Shown here: piece after piece, positions 17,756 to 26,671 of the stretch | Numbering within the stretch: the stretch's first letter is position 1 | Layout of the letters: each line of letters starts with the position of its first letter | NCBI RefSeq assembly: GCF_001652585.1 | Contig: NZ_LWLG01000010.1 | Coordinates: 37,399-69,398 of the forward strand | Source of the DNA: Thermosulfurimonas dismutans | Lineage (GTDB): Bacteria; Desulfobacterota; Thermodesulfobacteria; Thermodesulfobacteriales; Thermodesulfobacteriaceae | Reading direction: 5' to 3' | Length of the DNA stretch: 32,000 nucleotides | The notes under the pieces: model-generated | What the model was told of the DNA's origin: nothing | The model's database searches: none | Seen by the model: the letters and a program-made list of their open reading frames with translations, nothing else | Position numbers and translations under genes: made by a program

Positions 17756-18987
17756 TGGGGCTTGCCTTCGAGTGGTTCATTTCTCGACGCTACGTCTTCT
17801 CCCGGAAGAGGGAGCGGCTCACCGGGGTGATCGCCAACATCTCCGTGCTCGCCATCGCCATCGGGGTGGCCGCCCTCATAGTAGTGATCGCAGTCATGAC
17901 CGGTTTCCAGCAAATCCTGAAGGAAAAAATCCTTTCGGTGAATCCCCATGTGGTGGTGGAAAAGGTTCAGGGGCCTTTTGTAGAATACGAGGGGCTTGAG
18001 CAGAAAATTAGGACTTTCTTTGAAGAAAACGATTTCCCCCTTGAAAGCCTCTATCCCTTCGTTTCTCTTCAAGGGCTTCTGCTTTCGGGCCAAGGTGAAG
18101 CCGGGGTGATCCTCAAGGGTCTTCCCTTCAGCAAGGCTAAAGAACTCAAAACGTTGAGGCTCATCTCGGGGAACTTCACCGCTTCCTCCCAAAGCCCCTA
18201 TCCCATACTCCTGGGGAAAAGGCTTGCCGAAAGACTCGGAGTTACAGTCGGAGATCGGGTGAGATTCCTCTACCCTCGCGGACGCATGACTCCCATCGGA
18301 TTACTTCCCCGGTTCGTCCCCTTTGAGGTGGCCGGCATCTTTGAAACCGGCCTTTATGACTATGACCTTTCCCTGGCGCTGGTTCCCCTGTCGGTAGCCC
18401 AGAAAATAAGCGGCGAAGGGAAAAGGGTCACGGGCCTTGAAATCAAACTGGTGGACCCTTTCCTCTCCAGAGAGGTGGTCCAGAAGCTATCTCGGAGCCT
18501 GGGCTACACCTACTATGTAGTGGACTGGCAAACCCTCAACCGCAGCCTGTTTTCGGCCTTGAAGCTTGAGAAGACCGGCATGTTCGTAGTTCTCACGCTC
18601 ATCGTAGTAGTGGCGGCCTTCAACATCGTGGCCGCCCTAGTAATGTTAGTCTCCGAAAAACGCCCGGACATCGCCCTTCTCAAGGCCTTAGGGGCAACGG
18701 AGAAAAACATCCTCCGGATCTTTCTTTTTTCGGGCTTTCTTCTCGGTATCATGGGTACTGCGCTTGGCTTGATCCTTGGTCTATCGCTTTGCGCGGTCCT
18801 TTCCCGTTATCCTGTGATAAAACTTCCGGGCGACGTCTATCCCGTGGACTACCTCCCGGTAAGGGTGGAATTTTTGGACGTGGCCACCATTGTATTCTCG
18901 GCTTTGATCCTCAGTTTACTCGCCGCCATCTTTCCGGCTCGACAGGCGGCCAAACTTCCGCCGGCGGAGGTCCTGCGATATGGTTAA
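17755..18987 (+). CDS. Lipoprotein-releasing ABC transporter permease (LolC/LolE family)
   Basis: FEWFISRRYVFSRK... N-terminus, MacB-like periplasmic domain and C-terminal FtsX-type 3-TM domain. ATG 17755 overlaps the lysS stop (TGATG) and has GGAGG 4 nt upstream. Confidence 0.9.
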   Translation: MGLAFEWFISRRYVFSRKRERLTGVIANISVLAIAIGVAALIVVIAVMTGFQQILKEKILSVNPHVVVEKVQGPFVEYEGLEQKIRTFFEENDFPLESLYPFVSLQGLLLSGQGEAGVILKGLPFSKAKELKTLRLISGNFTASSQSPYPILLGKRLAERLGVTVGDRVRFLYPRGRMTPIGLLPRFVPFEVAGIFETGLYDYDLSLALVPLSVAQKISGEGKRVTGLEIKLVDPFLSREVVQKLSRSLGYTYYVVDWQTLNRSLFSALKLEKTGMFVVLTLIVVVAAFNIVAALVMLVSEKRPDIALLKALGATEKNILRIFLFSGFLLGIMGTALGLILGLSLCAVLSRYPVIKLPGDVYPVDYLPVRVEFLDVATIVFSALILSLLAAIFPARQAAKLPPAEVLRYG

Positions 18988-19693
18988 CCCCCCGGCTATC
19001 GAGGTCCGCGGCCTCCGCAAGGTCTTCCCTCATCCTGAGGGAGATCTTGAAATCCTTAAAGGTCTAGACCTTACGGTGGCTCCCGGAGAAAAGGTAGCCA
19101 TCATCGGCCCTTCTGGAGTAGGCAAGACTACTCTTCTACACATCCTAGGCGGACTTGAGGTCCCCACCGAGGGTCGGATCTACCACTTTGGAGAGGACAT
19201 TTTTTCCCTCTCGGATGAGGCCCTCTCCCGTTTTCGAAACCAGCATATGGGTTTTGTCTTTCAGCTCCACTATCTTCTTCCAGAATTCAATACCCTGGAA
19301 AACGTTATGCTTCCGGGGCTGCTCGCCGGTCTCCCACGGGAGGAAGCCCGCCAGCGGGCCGAAAACCTCCTCTCTCAGTTCGGGCTTTCAAAAAGGCTCT
19401 TTCATCGAGTAACGGAGCTTTCAGGGGGCGAGAAACAGCGAGCGGCGATTGCCCGGGCCCTGCTCCTCAATCCCCGGATAGTCTTTGCGGATGAGCCCAC
19501 CGGGAATCTCGACGACCAAAATGCCGAGGAGATGACCGAAATCTTTTTGCATCTCAACCAAAAATATGCTACTACCCTAGTGGTAGTAACGCACAACCTA
19601 CGTCTGGCCGCCAAAATGGATCGGATCTTAAAGCTTGAAGGGGGAAAGCTCAGGGAGGTCTCGCGTGAAAAACTCCTTACCCTTGAGAGTTAG
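18980..19693 (+). CDS. lolD: Lipoprotein-releasing ABC transporter ATP-binding protein LolD
   Basis: Walker A GPSGVGKTT, ABC signature LSGGEKQRAAIARAL, Walker B IVFADEPTGNLD. Overlaps the lolC/E stop by 8 nt. Confidence 0.9.
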   Translation: MVNPPAIEVRGLRKVFPHPEGDLEILKGLDLTVAPGEKVAIIGPSGVGKTTLLHILGGLEVPTEGRIYHFGEDIFSLSDEALSRFRNQHMGFVFQLHYLLPEFNTLENVMLPGLLAGLPREEARQRAENLLSQFGLSKRLFHRVTELSGGEKQRAAIARALLLNPRIVFADEPTGNLDDQNAEEMTEIFLHLNQKYATTLVVVTHNLRLAAKMDRILKLEGGKLREVSREKLLTLES

Positions 19694-22349
19694 AATTCTT
19701 CTGTTCATTCTGGGGGGCCTTCTGGTATTCTCCTCGAAGGCCTTTTCGCAGATCAAACTGAGGCTCCCCGTACTTATCCTTCCTTTAAAGGAACGGGGGC
19801 CGGTGGAAAGACCTCTCCTCATGAAGAGGCTGAGGGAAGCCTTGGCGGATAGCCTTAAAGGGGAAGGTTTCCGAGTTGAGGTCAACGAAACGCTACCTCC
19901 CTCTTTTTCCGCCCAAGAAGCCCGCAAGCTCCTCGAAAAGGAAGGATATTTCGCCGTTATCTGGGGGACGGTTACGGAGATAGGGGGCGAGGTGAGTGTG
20001 GATCTTGAGGTCTTACGGAAGGACTGGGAAAACCCACATCATACTTACACCGCCGGGGCCCTTTCGGACTGGCCAGAGATCGAAGATAGGGCCGGAGAGG
20101 CTTTGCTAGCCACTCTGCTTGAGAAACAGAAGGTCCTTGAGATTAAGGTGTCAGGCAACCTGCGGGTTGATGAAGAAGTCATCCTGGAAAAAGTCTCGGT
20201 TAAACCCGGAGAATTTCTTGATCCAGAAAAAGTTCGTAAGGATCTAAAGGCTATTTACAAACTCGGCTATTTCGAGGATGTAAAGGCCGATGTTACCGAA
20301 AAGGAAGGGGGCCTGATCCTCACCTACATTGTTCAGGAAAAACCGGTCATCCGGGAGATCGTCTTTAAGGGGAACAAAGCCATAAGTGAATCCGACCTCA
20401 AGAAGGTGGTAGAGATCAAGCCCCTTTCGGTCCTCAATCTCAAAGAGATAGACAGAGCGGCAGAGACTATAAAGGCCGTATATCAGCAGAAGGGCTATTA
20501 CCACACCCGGGTGATTCCGGAGGTCAAGCCCCTTGCTGGTCGCAGAGTAAAGGTAGTCTTTCACATTAAGGAAGGGCGGAAGCTTTACATCAAGAAGATC
20601 GATTTTGCAGGCAACCGGGCCTTCTCAGACAAGCAGCTCAAGAAGCTCCTTTCGGTAAGTGAAAAAACGGCCTTCTCTTGGGTAAAAAAGGCCGTCCAGA
20701 CCGTAAAGGGCTTTATTTCACCCGAACCCGCGGCCGAACCCGGTGTTTACAGTCTGGCCTTCCTCTACCGGGATCTGTCCAAGATAGAAACCTTTTATCA
20801 AAATCACGGCTACATTGAAGTCCGCATAGGTGAACCCCGCATCAAAGAAAAGGACGGCTGGGTATACATCACTATTCCCATTGAAGAAGGGCCCCAGTAC
20901 CGGGTGGGCCGGGTGGAGGTCATCCAGGACCTTTATCCCAGGGAAAAAATCCTCCAAGCCCTTAGTCTTCCCAAAGAGAAGGCCTTCAGCCGAGAGGCCC
21001 TGCGGCGCGACCAGATGAAGATCGCCGACCTTTTTGCCGACAAGGGTTACGCCTACGCCAAGGTGGACCCGGAACTTAAAAGGCATCCCGAGACCAAGAC
21101 CGTAGATGTGACCTTTAAAGTCGACCGGGGCCCCATGGTCTATGTCAACCGCATCGAGATCGAGGGCAACACCAAGACCCGGGACAAGGTCATCCGCCGA
21201 GAACTCCTGGTGGTGGAACAGCGCCCTTTCAGCGCCACCCGTCTCAAGAAGAGCGAGGGTCGCTTGAGACGTCTGGGGTATTTTGAAGATGTGAGCATCG
21301 AGAAAGAAAAAGGCGTCAAAGAAAATCTTATGGACATCCGAGTAAAGGTCAAAGAACGCCCCACCGGGACCTTCAGTATCGGGGCGGGATACAGTTCGGT
21401 GGACAAACTCATCTTCATGGGTCAGATCTCCCAGAGAAACTTCCTAGGGAAAGGCCAAACTTTAAGTTTTCAAGGTATTCTCGGGACGCGTTCCAGCCGC
21501 TACGCCCTCACCTTTGTAGAGCCATATTTCCGTGATACCAAGGTTTCACTCTCGACCAGCCTTTACAACTGGTCTCGGGAATACGAAGATTTCACCCGGG
21601 AGAGCTCCGGGGGAAGCCTGCGGATAGGTTATCTCTTAACGCCCAATTTGAGGATTTACGGGGGATATCGTTATGACGACACCGACCTCACGGATCTTAA
21701 TCCCATAATTTCAGATGCCATTAAGGAATCCTTGGATGTCAACATCACCAGTGCCCTGGAAGCCGGCTTAACCTATGACACTCGTAATCGCTGGTTTGTG
21801 CCCACCAGAGGCATGTTCCATCAATTAGACACGGAGCTTGCAGGTCAGTTCCTGGGAGGGGATAGTGAATACCTGAAGACCGTACTGAGTTCCCATTTCT
21901 ATTTCCCTCTCCTTTTTGGCTTTACCGGACACCTCCACCTTGGCGCGGGCTACATTACCGAAGGTTCAGGCAAGAAGGTGCCGGTTTACGAGAAGTTCTA
22001 TCTCGGGGGGCTTAACTCCGTACGGGGTTATCGTTATGGAGACATCAGCCCCATTGATCCAGACACCGGAGAACGGATCGGTGGTACCCGCATGTTCTTT
22101 CTCCAGGCCGAGACTATTTTTACGCTCCTTAAGAGCATCGACTTGAAAGGTGTTCTCTTCTTCGATACCGGTACAGTCTGGGACAAGGAACATGGTTTTG
22201 ATACTTCGGAATTGAGGAAAAGTGTCGGATTCGGTATTCGATGGCTTTCTCCTATGGGCCCCTTGCGGATCGAGTTCGGATGGAATATAGATAAAAAGCC
22301 TGGCGAGGACAGCAGCAACTGGAATTTCCAGTTGGGAGGAAGCTTCTAG
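19665..22349 (+). CDS. bamA: Outer membrane protein assembly factor BamA
   Basis: Repeated POTRA modules (e.g. IREIVFKGNKAISESDLKK, IKKIDFAGNRAFSDKQLKK, VNRIEIEGNTKTRDKVIRREL) and a C-terminal Omp85 barrel ending ...NWNFQLGGSF. The start was moved from the ORF-track TTG at 19635 to GTG at 19665 (GGGAGG Shine-Dalgarno 7 nt upstream), which gives a signal peptide VKNSLPLRVRILLFILGGLLVFSSKAFSQ. Confidence 0.9.
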   Translation: MKNSLPLRVRILLFILGGLLVFSSKAFSQIKLRLPVLILPLKERGPVERPLLMKRLREALADSLKGEGFRVEVNETLPPSFSAQEARKLLEKEGYFAVIWGTVTEIGGEVSVDLEVLRKDWENPHHTYTAGALSDWPEIEDRAGEALLATLLEKQKVLEIKVSGNLRVDEEVILEKVSVKPGEFLDPEKVRKDLKAIYKLGYFEDVKADVTEKEGGLILTYIVQEKPVIREIVFKGNKAISESDLKKVVEIKPLSVLNLKEIDRAAETIKAVYQQKGYYHTRVIPEVKPLAGRRVKVVFHIKEGRKLYIKKIDFAGNRAFSDKQLKKLLSVSEKTAFSWVKKAVQTVKGFISPEPAAEPGVYSLAFLYRDLSKIETFYQNHGYIEVRIGEPRIKEKDGWVYITIPIEEGPQYRVGRVEVIQDLYPREKILQALSLPKEKAFSREALRRDQMKIADLFADKGYAYAKVDPELKRHPETKTVDVTFKVDRGPMVYVNRIEIEGNTKTRDKVIRRELLVVEQRPFSATRLKKSEGRLRRLGYFEDVSIEKEKGVKENLMDIRVKVKERPTGTFSIGAGYSSVDKLIFMGQISQRNFLGKGQTLSFQGILGTRSSRYALTFVEPYFRDTKVSLSTSLYNWSREYEDFTRESSGGSLRIGYLLTPNLRIYGGYRYDDTDLTDLNPIISDAIKESLDVNITSALEAGLTYDTRNRWFVPTRGMFHQLDTELAGQFLGGDSEYLKTVLSSHFYFPLLFGFTGHLHLGAGYITEGSGKKVPVYEKFYLGGLNSVRGYRYGDISPIDPDTGERIGGTRMFFLQAETIFTLLKSIDLKGVLFFDTGTVWDKEHGFDTSELRKSVGFGIRWLSPMGPLRIEFGWNIDKKPGEDSSNWNFQLGGSF

Positions 22350-22364
22350 TTAAAGGAGGTTAAC

Positions 22365-22562
22365 ATGGCTAGGGTTTGTGAGATTTGTGGAAAGCGTCCT
22401 CATACCGGACACAAAATTAGTCATTCGGCTAAGAGAGCCGGTCGGTGGTGGTATCCCAATCTGCAAAGGGTAAGGGCCAAACTCCCCAATGGCCAGGTCC
22501 GGAGAATCAGGGTCTGTACCCGCTGTCTCAAGGCCGGTAAGGTCCAAAAGGCCGTCCGCTAG
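22365..22562 (+). CDS. rpmB: 50S ribosomal protein L28
   Basis: MARVCEICGKRPHTGHKISHSAKRAGRWWYPNLQ... is the L28 signature. AAAGGAGG Shine-Dalgarno upstream. Confidence 0.95.
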   Translation: MARVCEICGKRPHTGHKISHSAKRAGRWWYPNLQRVRAKLPNGQVRRIRVCTRCLKAGKVQKAVR

Positions 22563-24727
22563 GCCATCCGTCTCTCTACTTTTAAAACCCCATCCACGGC
22601 CCGGATATTGGCCATAATTTTTTCGAGATGACTCCGGTCCGTGACCTCTACCACCATGTCAAAGACCGCCCGGCGGTCGGGGGTGGTCCGGACCTCGGCC
22701 TTTAAGATGTTGGCCTCGGCGGAGCTGACCGCGGTTGAAACCGCGGCCAGCATCCCCTTCCGATCATGAGTGATAATAGAAAGTCTTGCCGGATGAGATA
22801 GTCCGTCGGGTTTTTCCCAGCGGACCTCGATCTTCCTTTCATCATCGAGCAAGGGCACATTGGGACAATCCACCCGGTGAACAGAAATCCCCTTCCCCCG
22901 GGTGATGTAGCCTATGACCTCGTCTCCTGGAACGGGATTGCAACAGCGGCTTAAATGGAAAAGAACGTCTCTGGTACCATCTACCGAGAGCGCCTCCCCA
23001 GCTCGCTCAAAAGCCTCGGGACTCAAAGGTTTTTCGGAAGGAGGTTTAGAGGGCGGAGCTGGCTTCTCTTCCCCCAGATATTTTTTAAGAACCTGAAGGG
23101 GGGTTATCTTCCCATAGCCTATGGCCGCAAGGAGGTCCTCCACGCTTTTGTAGGTGAGCTTCTGGGCCACTTCCAAGGCCTTGGGGGACTCCAAAAATTC
23201 GGAAATATTTTGGCGGTGTTTACGGAACTCCTTGGCCAACATTTCCCGACCGGCGGCGATAACCCGTTCCTTCTCTTCTGCACGAAGCCATTGCCGAATC
23301 CGGCTCCGGGCCCGGCTAGTCTTCACAAATTTGAGCCAGTCGCGGCTGGGATGGTGCTGAGGAACGGTATCGATTTTTACGATATCTCCGGTTTGAAGCT
23401 GGTAGTCCAGGGGCACCAATCTTCCGTTGACCCAGGCCCGGGCACAGCGGTGCCCGATCTCGGTGTGGATGGCGTAGGCAAAATCCACCGGGGTGGCCCC
23501 CCGCGGAAGGACCTTGATGTCCCCATTAGGGGTAAAGACATAGACTTCCTCGGGAAAAAGATCCATGCGCAAGGATTCCAGAAATTCCCGGGGGTTCTGA
23601 AGTTCCTTCTGCAGTTCCACCAGGCGTTCTAACCATTCGAATTTTTTACTCTGTTCTGGCGAGAGGATCGCACCCTCTTTGTATAACCAATGGGCTGCAA
23701 TCCCTTCGTTGGCGATACGGTCCATCTCCTCGGTGCGAATCTGAATCTCTATGCGTTTTCCCCGCGGCCCCAAAACCGTGGTATGAAGACTCTGATACAT
23801 ATTGGGCTTGGGGAGACTGATATAGTCTTTGAAACGGCCAGGGATGGGAAGCCATAGGGCATGGATGATTCCTAGGACTTCGTAACACTCCTTCACGGTC
23901 TTTACGATCACCCGGAAGCCTATGAGATCGTAAATTTGGTCTAACTGATCAATGGTCAAGCCGTAACGCTCCAGTTTGCAATAGACGCTCCAGAGGTGCT
24001 TGGTACGCCCAAGAACCCTGGCCTTGATACCGTGTTTTTCAAGAGTTTCCCGGATGAGCTTTTTCACCTCATCCACATATCCCTGGGCCTCCTCCACCCG
24101 CTTTTCCACCTCGGCTTTGAGCCTTTCATAATCCTCTGGATAGAGATATCGGAAGGAAAGATCCTCGAGTTCCTGTTTTAACCAGTCTATACCTAGACGG
24201 CTGGCAATAGGAGCGTAAATGTCCAAGGTCTCTTGGGCTATACGGCGGCGTTTGTGTTCGGGCTGAAACTCCAGGGTTCGCATGTTGTGGAGCCGGTCGG
24301 CGAGCTTGACCAAAATGACCCTTAGGTCCTTGGCCATGGCCAGAAGCATCTTGCGGAAGTTTTCCGCCTGTTTGTGGAGACGACTGGTGGCCGGAAGGGC
24401 CCCCAGCTTGGTGACCCCATCCACGATCAGGGCCACCTCCTCCCCAAAGTGCCGTTTGATCTCCTCCAGCGTGACCCCGGAATCTTCCACGGTATCGTGA
24501 AGCATACCGGCGGCAATGGTGGGGAGATCCATTTTCATCTGGGAGAGGATGTAAGCCACGGCCAAGGGATGCGAGAGGTAAGGCTCGCCGGATTTCCGGA
24601 TTTGTCCAGCATGGGCCTTGGCGGCAAAGACGTAAGCCTTCTCTACCAGATGCGTGTTGGCCCCTGGGAGATAACTTTGAATCTGATCCAGAATATCGCT
24701 TATCCGAACAATATCTCTGCGAGACAT
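22559..24727 (-). CDS. rel: Bifunctional (p)ppGpp synthetase / hydrolase (RelA/SpoT homologue)
   Basis: 722 aa. HD hydrolase domain (HPLAVA...LHDTVEDS), synthetase domain (RVLGRTKHLWSVYCKL...DLIGFRVIV...YQSLHTTV), and TGS, zinc-finger (CCNPVPGDE) and ACT domains. Confidence 0.95.
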   Translation of the reverse strand: MSRRDIVRISDILDQIQSYLPGANTHLVEKAYVFAAKAHAGQIRKSGEPYLSHPLAVAYILSQMKMDLPTIAAGMLHDTVEDSGVTLEEIKRHFGEEVALIVDGVTKLGALPATSRLHKQAENFRKMLLAMAKDLRVILVKLADRLHNMRTLEFQPEHKRRRIAQETLDIYAPIASRLGIDWLKQELEDLSFRYLYPEDYERLKAEVEKRVEEAQGYVDEVKKLIRETLEKHGIKARVLGRTKHLWSVYCKLERYGLTIDQLDQIYDLIGFRVIVKTVKECYEVLGIIHALWLPIPGRFKDYISLPKPNMYQSLHTTVLGPRGKRIEIQIRTEEMDRIANEGIAAHWLYKEGAILSPEQSKKFEWLERLVELQKELQNPREFLESLRMDLFPEEVYVFTPNGDIKVLPRGATPVDFAYAIHTEIGHRCARAWVNGRLVPLDYQLQTGDIVKIDTVPQHHPSRDWLKFVKTSRARSRIRQWLRAEEKERVIAAGREMLAKEFRKHRQNISEFLESPKALEVAQKLTYKSVEDLLAAIGYGKITPLQVLKKYLGEEKPAPPSKPPSEKPLSPEAFERAGEALSVDGTRDVLFHLSRCCNPVPGDEVIGYITRGKGISVHRVDCPNVPLLDDERKIEVRWEKPDGLSHPARLSIITHDRKGMLAAVSTAVSSAEANILKAEVRTTPDRRAVFDMVVEVTDRSHLEKIMANIRAVDGVLKVERRMA

Positions 24728-24762
24728 CCTACATTTAAGTTAAAACTTATTTGGGAAAAGAG

Positions 24763-25572
24763 CTAGGGCAGGGACTGGCACTTCGGGCAGAAGGTAGTCC
24801 CCCTAGTGGCCACTACTCGGTATTCCAAAGGGGTACCGCACCGTAGACAAGGACGGCCTCTTTTTCCGTAAACCAGGTGTTCTTCCTGGAAACGACCGGT
24901 CCGTCCTTTACCGTCCACGTAGTTCCTAACGGACGATCCTCGAAGCTCTATGGCCCGAAGAAGAACCTCTCTCATAGTGGAGTAGAGTCTTTTAATCTCC
25001 TCCTGGGAAAGGGTGGCGGCCGGTCTTTCGGGATGAATTCCGGCCCGAAACAGGACTTCATCGGTATAAATGTTTCCTAGACCGGCAATTTTTTTCTGGT
25101 CAAGCAAGAGGGCTTTTATCTTGCGGCGAGAAGAAAGAATAAGACGTTCAAACTGGGAAGGAGATATTCCCAAGGCATCCGGGCCCAAAGAGGCGTAGAA
25201 GGAATGCAGAGCCAAATCTTTGCGAGGTACGGCCTCCAGCCAGCCGAATTGCCTCAGATCGGCGTAAAAGAGGGTGCCCTTATCAAACTCAAAGATCACA
25301 TGGGTGTGAGGTGGGGGAAAGCTCTCTTTGAGTATGAGGGAACCTGTGAGGCCTAAGTGAACAAGAAGAACGCTTTCTCCGAACTCAAAGATGAGGAGTT
25401 TCCCCCGACGAGAGATGGCCTCAAGGGTTTTTCCGAGAAGTAGCTTTCGAAAAGCCTCCTGGCCGGGTCGTACTATTTTTACAAGGAGAACCTTTAGATT
25501 TCGGAGCTGGGCACCAGGAAGTCGCGAAGCAAGATCCCTTTTGATAGTTTCGACTTCTGGAAGCTCAGGCAC
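24763..25572 (-). CDS. mutM: Formamidopyrimidine-DNA glycosylase (Fpg/MutM)
   Basis: N-terminal (M)PELPEVE catalytic motif, H2TH region (GLGNIYTDEVLFRAGIHP) and C-terminal zinc finger CLRCGTPL...FCPKCQ. GTG start at 25572. Confidence 0.95.
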   Translation of the reverse strand: MPELPEVETIKRDLASRLPGAQLRNLKVLLVKIVRPGQEAFRKLLLGKTLEAISRRGKLLIFEFGESVLLVHLGLTGSLILKESFPPPHTHVIFEFDKGTLFYADLRQFGWLEAVPRKDLALHSFYASLGPDALGISPSQFERLILSSRRKIKALLLDQKKIAGLGNIYTDEVLFRAGIHPERPAATLSQEEIKRLYSTMREVLLRAIELRGSSVRNYVDGKGRTGRFQEEHLVYGKRGRPCLRCGTPLEYRVVATRGTTFCPKCQSLP

Positions 25573-26626
25573 GTTGCAGAACCTTCAAACGGTAGATCTC
25601 TATTAGAGAAACGGAAAGGGAAAGGATAATGGGCCCCAGAAAGACTCCCAAGATACCAAAGGTCTTGAGCCCCCCAAGGATACTGAAAAAGAGGAAAAGG
25701 TTGTGGATTTCAGTGCGAGAGCCCACTATAAAAGGTCGGATGATAGAATCTATCTGGCTCACCACTAGGGCACAGTAAATCAAAAGAATCAAGGCCTTAA
25801 AGATGGCCCCCTTGATCAGGAGATATATGACGATAGGCACCCAGACCAGGGCCGTGCCCACGATGGGCACGAAGGAGGCCGCGGCCGTAAAAAGGCCCAG
25901 GAGAACCGGAGAGGGAACCCTAAGAACGAGATATATAAAAAGAGCCGCCAGCCCCTGAATCAGTCCGGTAAGGATACTCCCGTAAAGGACCGCAAGTAGC
26001 ACTTCCTGGACTTTGCCGGCGATCCTTTCGGTCTCCTCGGGAGAGGTAGGAAGAAGGCCCTTCACTTTTTCAAAAAATTCGTCCCCATCCCTAAAGATAT
26101 AGAAAAGGGTAACCAACATGAAGACCAGATTTAGGATAAGCTGAACGGTGTTCTTGAAAAGGGCCTTGCCCTGGGTAAAGAGAAACTGTCCGGTATTGGA
26201 GGCCACCGTGGCCAACACCTGTTTAACCTGGTTCTCAAAGGGAGAAAGCCGTTCAATGATCACCTTTACCAAGGCGTGAAGCCGAGGATGAACCTCAGAG
26301 GAGGGAATTAAGGCTTCGGGACCCCGTTCAAGGAGACTTTTACCCCCCCGAATGAGGTCAAGGGCCTGAGCGGTAACCTCGGTGAGAGCAAAGCTTACCG
26401 GAATCAGGATAAATACCACTACCGAAATAGTAAGAATCAAGGCCGAAAGTCCACGACGCCCGTGGAGTTTTTTCCTGAGAAAGCGGTTGAGAGGAAAAAG
26501 GAAAAGAGACAGAATCACCGCCCAGGAGATAGGCTGAAAGAAGGGTAAAAAAAGCCGAAAAAGAAGGGCAAAAACTATAAGGGTTAAAAAACCGGCCAGG
26601 AGAAGAGACGCCCATTTAGCATTCAT
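25565..26626 (-). CDS. AI-2E family transporter (PerM/UPF0118)
   Basis: 353 aa with about 8 TM helices. Conserved C-terminal block FVPIVGTALVWVPIVIYL...IIRPFIVGSRTEIHNLFLFFSILGGLKTFGILGVFLGP is typical of the family. Confidence 0.85.
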   Translation of the reverse strand: MNAKWASLLLAGFLTLIVFALLFRLFLPFFQPISWAVILSLFLFPLNRFLRKKLHGRRGLSALILTISVVVFILIPVSFALTEVTAQALDLIRGGKSLLERGPEALIPSSEVHPRLHALVKVIIERLSPFENQVKQVLATVASNTGQFLFTQGKALFKNTVQLILNLVFMLVTLFYIFRDGDEFFEKVKGLLPTSPEETERIAGKVQEVLLAVLYGSILTGLIQGLAALFIYLVLRVPSPVLLGLFTAAASFVPIVGTALVWVPIVIYLLIKGAIFKALILLIYCALVVSQIDSIIRPFIVGSRTEIHNLFLFFSILGGLKTFGILGVFLGPIILSLSVSLIEIYRLKVLQRA

Positions 26627-26671
26627 GGTATTATCTTTTTACCGGATAACTGAGAAGGAGGAAAGGGTTAG

